DNA of 64,000 nucleotides from NCBI RefSeq assembly GCF_056712565.1, contig NZ_CM160072.1; one strand, 5' to 3'. Shown piece by piece: positions 56,577 to 64,000 of this stretch (position 1 is its first letter; each line of letters starts with the position of its first letter). The notes under the pieces were generated by a model. It saw only the letters and a program-made list of their open reading frames with translations, ran no database searches and was not told where the DNA came from. The position numbers and the translations under genes were made by a program.

Positions 56577-58895
56577 TTACAACGTAATTGTCAGCGCATT
56601 CCCTTGAGGAGTCACCACCAGTCCCTGCTCACTTTCAGCCTGCGAACCGCCTTGCAGACCATTTACTTTCACAATATTGCGCAAGCACAGTGTCCAGTTC
56701 TTCGCCTCGCCCGTACCAGTCACAGTAATCGTGTTGCCAGTACGTGCTGCTTTTAAAGTAAAGATCACCGAACCGTCAGCATCGGGCACTTCACAGACGG
56801 CTTCATGCCCGTCTTGCAGATTAAAGAGGTGGAATGCCGTACCTTCGTGCCACGCGTAATCGGGACGTTGATCGTTGTTGCCCAGCGCCAGTAGGGTGCT
56901 ATCACGCACATAAACGGGCAGACTCAGGAAGCTGTGCTGCTGTTTATGCCAGCGACTACCGTCGAGTTCATCGTTGTGCCACAGGTGTGTCCAGCGACCT
57001 TCCGGCAGGTAGAACTGCACATCGCCCGCTTCTGTGAACACAGGCGCAACCATCACGTTGTCGCCTAACATATATTGACGGTCAAGGTAATCACAAGCCG
57101 GATCGTCCGGGAACTCCATCATCATGGCCCGCATCATCGGCGTACCCCGGGCGTTTGCACGTGCAGCTTCACGATACAGATACGGCATCATGCGGCATTT
57201 CAGTTGCGTGAAGAAGCGCACCACATCACAGGACTCATCATCGTAGGCCCACGGCACACGATAAGATTTGCTGCCATGTAAACGGCTATGGCTGGAAAGC
57301 AAACCAAACGCGCACCAGCGTTTGTAAACGTGCGCCGGAGCGGTATTTTCAAAGCCGCCGATATCGTGGCTCCAGAAGCCAAAACCTGAAAGGCCAATAG
57401 ACAAACCACCGCGCAGGCTTTCCGCCATTGATTCGTAGTTAGCGTAACAGTCGCCACCCCAGTGTACCGGAAATTTCTGCGCACCAACGGAGGCCGAGCG
57501 GGCAAACAAGACGGCTTCTTCCTCACCAACGGTGTCCTTGAGCACGTTCCACACCAGTTCGTTGTAGATGTACGCATAATGGTTATGCATTTTCTGCGGA
57601 TCGGAACCATCAAACCACTGAACATCGGTTGGAATACGTTCGCCAAAGTCGGTCTTAAAGCAATCAACGCCCATCGCGACCAGACCTTTCAGTTTGTCGG
57701 CGTACCATTTGCAGGCATCCGGATTGGTAAAGTCATAAATCGCCAGACCTGGCTGCCATTTATCCCACTGCCACAGCGAACCGTCCGGGCGTTTGAGTAA
57801 ATAACCTTTCTCTTGTAACTCTTTAAAGACGGGGGATTTTTGCCCAATATAGGGGTTAATCCAGACGCAGATTTTCAGCCCTTTCGCTTTCAGACGGCGG
57901 ATCATCCCTTCCGGGTCCGGAAAAGTCAGCGGGTCCCACTCAAAATCGCACCACTGGAAGGCTTTCATCCAGAAACAGTCAAAGTGGAAAACATGCAGCG
58001 GCAGATTGCGTTCCGCCATACCATCGATAAAGCTGTTTACCGTCGCTTCGTCGTAGTTGGTGGTAAATGAAGTGGTTAGCCACAGACCGAAGGACCACGC
58101 GGGCGGCAGCGCCGGACGGCCAGTAAAACGGGTATAACGATCAAGTACCGCTTTCGGCGTCGGGCCGTCGATAACAAAGTATTCGAGATATTCACTCTCA
58201 ACGCTGAACTGTACTTTGGAGACTTTCTCTGATCCCACTTCAAAAGAGACGCATTGAGGATGATTGACCAGTACCCCATAACCACGGTTAGTCATATAAA
58301 ACGGGATATTTTTATACGCCTGTTCAGTACTTGTGCCGCCGTCCCGGTTCCAGGTTTCTACCGTCTGACCATTGCGCACCAGGGCAGTAAAGCGCTCTCC
58401 CAGGCCGTAAACTGTTTCGCCAACGCCAAGATCAAGCCGTTCAAACATATAATTCCGTTGATTATTCGTGTCCTGCACGTAGCCGTTATTTTTCACCTGA
58501 CTACCGGTAATACGTTCGCCGTTGCGCAGAAAATCCAGTGACCAGAACTCACCTTTGCTGACACGCGCACTTAAGTTGCCACTTTTAAACTCAGCGTAAC
58601 GTTCTGTGTTTTCGATAGTGACCTTCACGTCCTGCAAAATATTGAGCGGGTAATGAGGACCGTTATTCAGCGCCCCCTGAAAATGCTCAATCCGTACACC
58701 GACAATACCTTCCTGTGGGGAGAAAAAGCGCAGCGTAAATAAAGGCGTATCAAGCTGCCAGGTACGTTCACGCACATCACGAGGGGCAGCATAGACCACC
58801 ATTTCATTATCCTGCTGTTCAACCTCGAACACCTGAAGCGGGTGAATCAAATTGAGGCCAGGTTGAATCAACCAGTTTCCGTCGCTAATTTTCAT
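56577..58895 (-). CDS. yicI: alpha-xylosidase YicI (GH31)
   Basis: 772-aa [41 protein letters not shown]..., recognised as YicI. Confidence 0.9.
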
Positions 58896-58904
58896 TGCCG
58901 TTCC

Positions 58905-60287
58905 TTAGTTCTGCACTTCTTGAGAGGTGAATTGTTGCTGGCAACGGCGTTTGCCCTGCGCCAGCTGTTCCATAACGGTTTTCAGATTGTGCGTCGTGAG
59001 CGAGTAGTAGCGTTTAGCGATAATCGCGCTCAGCAAGTAACAGATCGCCGGAACAATCGTGAATAGCGCGATAATGATGCTAATTGTGACGCTGTTCTGC
59101 GCTTTTTCTGCCGCATCATATCCGCCATAAGCCAGCATCCAGCCGATAAGGGCACCACCGAAGGCCAACCCCAGTTTGAGCACAAACAGCGTGCCAGCAA
59201 AACTGATCCCGGTCAGGCGTTTACCATTGCACCACTCGCCGTAGTCGACGGTATCGGACATCATTACCCACTGGATAGGTGTCACCAGTTGATGCAACAC
59301 ACCAATCACGAAGATGAAGACAAACATGGTGATGCTGGCCTGCATAGGAACAAAGAACATCGCGAGGCTAATCACTGCCAGCAGGGCGTTCGTCCACCAG
59401 AAGATAGTGACTTTACATTTCCAGTCGGTCAGCGGTTTCGCCAGTGCGGAACCAATCAGGTTACCCACGCAATAAGTGGTGAGAAAAGCGACAAATACTT
59501 CCGGCGTGCCCAAAATCCATGTGACGTAATACATCATCGCCCCACCGCGTACGCACACCGCCAGGATATTGAAAATGGTCAGGAAACCGACAATACGCCA
59601 CTGGTCGTTTTGCCAGATATCACGTAAATCATCCCGCATAGACGTCGTTGTAGGTGGTGCTTCAACGCGTTCTTTAGTGGTGAAGAAACAGAATGCCAGC
59701 ATCATAAATGCCACCACGGAAAGGACCGCGATACCGCCCTGGAAACCGAGTGGTTTATTATCACCACCAATTAAATTAACCAGTGGCATCATCAGAACAG
59801 TAGAGAGCATGCCTCCCGCGGTCGCCAGCACAAAACGCCAGGATTGCAGCGAGATACGCTGAGTCGGGTCATTGGTGATTACACCACCCAATGCGCAGTA
59901 AGGGATATTGACGATGGTATAAAGTAAGGTAAGTAGGGTGTAAGTAATTGCTGCATAAATCATTTTTCCGTTCATACTGAGATCTGGCGTGCTATAGGCC
60001 AGTACACAGACGATCCCGAATGGCAGTGCGCCAAACAGCACCCACGGCTGAAATTTACCCCAGCGAGAGCGCGTTCGATCGGCCAACAACCCCATGCAAG
60101 GATCGGAAATCGCATCCAGTGCACGAGCGACCAAAAACATGGTTCCGACAAATCCGGCAGGAATGCCAAAAATATCGGTATAAAAGAACATCATATATAA
60201 CATTACGTTATCGAAAATAATGTGGCTGGCGGCGTCTCCCATGCCATAACCAATTTTCTCTTTAACGGACAACACTTCACTCTTCAT
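58905..60287 (-). CDS. yicJ: GPH-family sugar:cation symporter YicJ
   Basis: Start trimmed to MKSEVLSVKEKIGYGMGDAASHIIFDNVML... (460 aa). Confidence 0.85.
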   Translation of the reverse strand: MKSEVLSVKEKIGYGMGDAASHIIFDNVMLYMMFFYTDIFGIPAGFVGTMFLVARALDAISDPCMGLLADRTRSRWGKFQPWVLFGALPFGIVCVLAYSTPDLSMNGKMIYAAITYTLLTLLYTIVNIPYCALGGVITNDPTQRISLQSWRFVLATAGGMLSTVLMMPLVNLIGGDNKPLGFQGGIAVLSVVAFMMLAFCFFTTKERVEAPPTTTSMRDDLRDIWQNDQWRIVGFLTIFNILAVCVRGGAMMYYVTWILGTPEVFVAFLTTYCVGNLIGSALAKPLTDWKCKVTIFWWTNALLAVISLAMFFVPMQASITMFVFIFVIGVLHQLVTPIQWVMMSDTVDYGEWCNGKRLTGISFAGTLFVLKLGLAFGGALIGWMLAYGGYDAAEKAQNSVTISIIIALFTIVPAICYLLSAIIAKRYYSLTTHNLKTVMEQLAQGKRRCQQQFTSQEVQN

Positions 60288-60579
60288 CTGCTTTTCCTTG
60301 ATGCTATAGGGGTGCTGAGACCGATAACGCATTTTGTAAACCATCCCTGCGAGAGCGAATATTCCGATATCTGGTTATTAATTTATGATTCTTGTTTTAT
60401 GTGATCGTGGTAGCGTTAATTTCGCTCATATATCATTGTAAAATATGAGTTTTATATGAACTATAATGCTTTTGTGATAATACGCTGCGTGTATTAGGCG
60501 GAAAAAACTGATCTGGGGGATGTAGAAACTCAAGGAAGTAGCTATAATGCGCCCCGCCTCCATGTAGCAATCGAGGCGC

Positions 60580-60674
60580 GGAAGATCGTCGTCTCCGGTG
60601 AGGCGGCTGGACTTCAAATCCAGTTGGGGCCGCCAGCGGTCCCGGGCAGGTTCGACTCCTGTGATCTTCCGCCA
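60580..60674 (+). tRNA. selC: tRNA-Sec (selenocysteine)
   Basis: GGAAGATCGTCGTCTCCGGTGAGGCGGCTGGACTTCAAATCCAGTTGGGGCCGCCAGCGGTCCCGGGCAGGTTCGACTCCTGTGATCTTCCGCCA: 95 nt, UCA anticodon in loop CTTCAAATC, long variable arm, CCA end. Confidence 0.9.
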
Positions 60675-60726
60675 AAATGCCTCTCCTGAACTCTCCCGAC
60701 GTCAACAACACTCCTTCGGAGGCGAC

Positions 60727-61764
60727 ATGTCAGACAAAGACTTAACCCAGCCCCCAGCAGGCGAGTTTATTATGTTTGCCAGCGGTGACGGAAGAGTGCG
60801 TGTTGAATGTCGCTTTGAGTCAGACACAATCTGGTTATCCCAGGCGGCAATGGCTGAACTGTACGATAAAGATGTTCGCACTATTAACGAACATTTAATC
60901 AATATATTTTCCGAAGGTGAACTTGTTCAAAACTCAACCATCCGGAAATTCCGGATAGTTCGCCAGGAAGGAAAACGTCAGGTTTCCAGAGAGATAGACC
61001 ATTACAACCTCGAAGCCATTCTCGCTGTCGGCTATCGCGTTCGCTCGCCTCGAGGCACGCAATTCCGCCAGTGGGCAACGCAGACGCTTCAGGAATACCT
61101 GATCAAAGGTTTTGTGATGGACGATGAGCGGCTGAAGAATCCGCCTGTCGGTTCATCGGTTGTGCCCGACTATTTTGATGAGATGCTTGAACGCATCCGC
61201 GATATTCGCGCCAGCGAGCGTCGGGTATATTTGCGGGTGCGGGAGATCTTTGCTTTAGCTGCCGACTATCAGCCATCGCTTAAAGAAACCACGCAATTTT
61301 TTCAAACCATCCAGAATAAACTGCATTTTGCCTGTACCGGGCATACCGCTGCGGAACTCATCCACAAACGAGCAGATGCCAGCCAGCCGCACATGGGCTT
61401 GACCAGTTATAAAGGTGAAGAGGTACGTAAGGGCGACGTGACGGTGGCAAAAAATTATCTCACCCAGGATGAGGTCAGCGAACTTAATCGCGTGGTTAAT
61501 ATGTGGCTGGACTTTGCCGAGGATCAGGCCCGTCGTCGTCAGCAAGTCTTTTTGCGCGACTGGCAGGATAAGCTGGATCAGTTCCTGCAATTTAACGACC
61601 GAGAGGTTCTACAGGGCGCTGGTAAAATCAGCAAGAAAATGGCCGATGAAAAAGCGCAGGCGGAGTATGTTCAGTTTGCCGAACAACAACGGCGCTTAAA
61701 AGAAGCCGAAGGCGAGAAGGATATCGCTGGTTTGCTACAGTGGAATAAAGAGTCGAAAAAGTAG
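60727..61764 (+). CDS. RhuM-family protein (virulence-associated / DNA-binding family, selC-island type)
   Basis: 345 aa from ATG 60727 (MSDKDLTQPPAGEFIMFASGDGRVRVE...); resembles RhuM of selC-associated islands; immediately 3-prime of selC. Confidence 0.65.
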   Translation: MSDKDLTQPPAGEFIMFASGDGRVRVECRFESDTIWLSQAAMAELYDKDVRTINEHLINIFSEGELVQNSTIRKFRIVRQEGKRQVSREIDHYNLEAILAVGYRVRSPRGTQFRQWATQTLQEYLIKGFVMDDERLKNPPVGSSVVPDYFDEMLERIRDIRASERRVYLRVREIFALAADYQPSLKETTQFFQTIQNKLHFACTGHTAAELIHKRADASQPHMGLTSYKGEEVRKGDVTVAKNYLTQDEVSELNRVVNMWLDFAEDQARRRQQVFLRDWQDKLDQFLQFNDREVLQGAGKISKKMADEKAQAEYVQFAEQQRRLKEAEGEKDIAGLLQWNKESKK

Positions 61765-61875
61765 CCCGGAATCCCCCCAAACGCCATACGCAAAACCATT
61801 TGGGGGTACTTATGGGGTTACTCATTTATCAAATTCAAAATATAAACATTAAATCAATAACTTAACCATCAAATG

Positions 61876-61903
61876 CGACTCCTGTGATCGCCAAAATGCC
61901 TCT
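61876..61903. repeat. imperfect direct repeat of the selC 3-prime end (cgactcctgtgatc-gccaaaatgcctct); island att remnant
   Basis: Matches selC 3-prime region 60653..60685 except for loss of ttcc. Confidence 0.6.
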
Positions 61904-61971
61904 TCAGTGATCCCCATCCTGCTTATTTCTGAGCAACCTGACCCTGCTGATGTATCTGGTAGTATGACAGA

Positions 61972-62193
61972 GTGATTCGTTTTTCTTGCCGAGTGTACGA
62001 AAACGTCTTCCTTGCCACCGACTATCAACCGTCACTCAAAAAAACCTCTCTTTTTTTCAAGCTATCAAGAATAAGTTGCATTTTATCTGCACCGGACACC
62101 AGCCATCCATATATGGCTTTTACCTGCTACAAAGATGAAGAAGTGCATAAATGTGATGTTAAAACAATCAAAGAAAAATTACATGCGCAATAA
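61972..62193 (+). pseudogene. degenerate fragment of a second rhuM-like gene
   Basis: 73-aa ORF ...LATDYQPSLKKTSLFFK...HPYMAFTCYKDEEVHKCDV parallels the RhuM-like segment ...LAADYQPSLKETTQFFQ...QPHMGLTSYKGEEVRKGDV in 60727..61764. Confidence 0.5.
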
Positions 62194-62333
62194 TTTCACT
62201 ATAACATTATAATCCATGGTGAAAATAACACTGCACAAGGATTGTCATCATCAAACTCATCGGAACTATTTTTTCTGTCGTCATTGGTGTAATACTGATT
62301 GTAAGTATCCTTTCAGGAGATTATTTTTGCCGT

Positions 62334-62702
62334 GTGGGGCATGGAACTTGTAAAGCAGCCAAAAGCGCTAGGCATTTAATTGAAAGTAAAGAGAAAAACA
62401 GAAGTAGTCGCGTCAAAGTCTTTAGCACGCATATTAATTTGAGTCATCCAGCGGCATCCTGGCTAGCAACTCAAACTTGCGCTAACAATATATTCAATCT
62501 GCTTCAAAACAATAATGCCATTTATTTATTCAAAAACGATAATAAAATTGAACTGCGAATGGGGTATGATTCTTTTTTCTCTATTGAAACGATTGATAAA
62601 ATTAACAAAGAAAACATCAAAGAAATAAAACTAAAAAATGATACAACATATGTTTCTCTTCCTAATCCAACCATTTTAATAACCAACGACATCAACACCT
62701 GA
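62334..62702 (+). CDS. hypothetical protein (122 aa) in AT-rich island DNA
   Basis: ORF only; low GC region between selC remnant and yicL. Confidence 0.3.
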   Translation: MGHGTCKAAKSARHLIESKEKNRSSRVKVFSTHINLSHPAASWLATQTCANNIFNLLQNNNAIYLFKNDNKIELRMGYDSFFSIETIDKINKENIKEIKLKNDTTYVSLPNPTILITNDINT

Positions 62703-62998
62703 ACGACAGTTTTCTATTTCTGTTCTGGATGATGATAACAAAGAAAATCTACCTACCGATACCGCACCTTGTTTTACAATTGGTATTCCTGATGAATATA
62801 CTAAAGCCATAGAGTTATTGAACATTAAATAATTAAATTTCATATTGAGTTTTTTTAAACACCATATGAATAATTGTTATATGTCATTATTTCCTCCATT
62901 CACTAAAACTGATTGATTACTCTACTCCCTCACCGTCATCGGTAGTGGTATCCTTAACGTATATTGATGAAAAGACAAAACAGTATGCAGAGGGAAAA

Positions 62999-63922
62999 AT
63001 GGGTTCCACCAGAAAGGGGATGCTGAACGTTCTGATTGCCGCCGTGTTGTGGGGAAGTTCAGGGGTCTGCGCGCAATACATCATGGAGCAAAGCCAGATG
63101 TCGTCGCAGTTTTTGACTATGACGCGTTTGATATTCGCCGGTTTGATTCTGCTGACGCTATCATTTATTCATGGTGATAAAATCTTTTCTATTATTAACA
63201 ATCACAAAGATGCCATTAGCCTACTGATTTTTTCCGTGGTTGGCGCGCTAACCGTACAGCTCACTTTTTTGCTAACCATCGAAAAATCGAACGCAGCCAC
63301 GGCAACGGTGCTGCAATTCCTCTCACCGACTATTATCGTCGCCTGGTTCTCACTGGTGCGTAAATCCCGCCCGGGCATTCTGGTTTTCTGCGCTATTTTG
63401 ACATCGCTGATCGGGACTTTTTTATTGGTGACACACGGTAATCCGACGTCATTATCGATCTCTCCTGCCGCGTTATTCTGGGGGATTGCCTCGGCATTTG
63501 CTGCTGCATTCTATACCACCTATCCCTCAACGCTGATTGCCCGCTATGGCACGTTACCGGTCGTCGGCTGGAGTATGCTGATTGGCGGTCTGATCCTGCT
63601 GCCCTTTTATGCCAGACAAGGGACAAACTTTGTCGTTAACGGCAGTTTGATTCTGGCGTTTTTTTATTTGGTGGTCATTGGTACGTCCCTGACATTTAGT
63701 CTGTACCTGAAAGGAGCACAATTAATTGGCGGTCCAAAAGCCAGCATTTTAAGCTGTGCAGAACCATTAAGTAGCGCGCTGCTCTCTTTGTTGTTGCTGG
63801 GGATCACCTTCACATTGCCGGACTGGCTGGGAACGCTGCTGATTCTGTCATCGGTGATTTTGATTTCAATGGATTCCCGCCGCCGCGCCAGAAAAATAAA
63901 TCGTCCGGCGCGGCATGAGTGA
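62999..63922 (+). CDS. yicL: EamA/DMT-family transporter YicL
   Basis: Start at ATG 62999 ([31 protein letters not shown]...), 307 aa. Confidence 0.85.
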   Translation: MGSTRKGMLNVLIAAVLWGSSGVCAQYIMEQSQMSSQFLTMTRLIFAGLILLTLSFIHGDKIFSIINNHKDAISLLIFSVVGALTVQLTFLLTIEKSNAATATVLQFLSPTIIVAWFSLVRKSRPGILVFCAILTSLIGTFLLVTHGNPTSLSISPAALFWGIASAFAAAFYTTYPSTLIARYGTLPVVGWSMLIGGLILLPFYARQGTNFVVNGSLILAFFYLVVIGTSLTFSLYLKGAQLIGGPKASILSCAEPLSSALLSLLLLGITFTLPDWLGTLLILSSVILISMDSRRRARKINRPARHE

Positions 63923-63925
63923 GAA

Positions 63926-64000
63926 TTACCAGCCAGGCACCGCGCCTCCGTTAAAGATGGTTTCTGCCGCTTTAGCGACTTCGGGTGATTGATAAGATTG
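63926..64000 (-). CDS. nlpA: lipoprotein NlpA (methionine-binding lipoprotein family), C-terminal end only; gene continues beyond window
   Basis: Reverse translation ends ...SYQSPEVAKAAETIFNGGAVPGW-stop; position after yicL as in K-12. Confidence 0.5.
   Translation of the reverse strand, partial: QSYQSPEVAKAAETIFNGGAVPGW

Overview
The window is an Escherichia coli chromosomal segment (recognised by eye from protein sequences; no search was run) running from the LPS core (waa) locus to selC/yicL/nlpA. Conserved backbone, in order: waaY(partial)-waaJ/T-like-waaO/I-like-waaP-waaG-waaQ | waaA-coaD | mutM | rpmG-rpmB-yicR | coaBC(dfp)-dut-slmA | pyrE-rph | yicC | [about 20 kb integrative element] | dinD-yicG | ligB | gmk-rpoZ-spoT-trmH-recG | gltS | xanP-yicH | [about 7 kb PTS/aldolase island] | yicI-yicJ | selC tRNA-Sec | [rhuM-like island remnant] | yicL | nlpA(partial). 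Three accessory insertions relative to K-12 stand out. The main one (about 14783..34719) sits between yicC and dinD and is bounded by near-identical 24-bp direct repeats. It carries a P4-type tyrosine integrase, AlpA, Rha/AntA/Bro-N regulators, a replication module (P-loop primase/helicase-like protein, SSB, FinO-domain protein) with two clusters of GCGGGTTAT iteron-like repeats, and a switch region with three TGTGCGCACA palindromes. Its cargo is an operon of three very large, translationally coupled proteins of unknown function (843, 686 and about 918 aa), one with an HExxH zinc-peptidase motif in an AT-rich inserted segment, followed by small hydrophobic ORFs. No capsid, portal, terminase or tail genes are present, so this looks like a satellite or PICI-like element with an uncharacterised cargo module, which is the best candidate for a novel system here. 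All functional calls are from motif recognition and recalled homology and need confirmation by database search.
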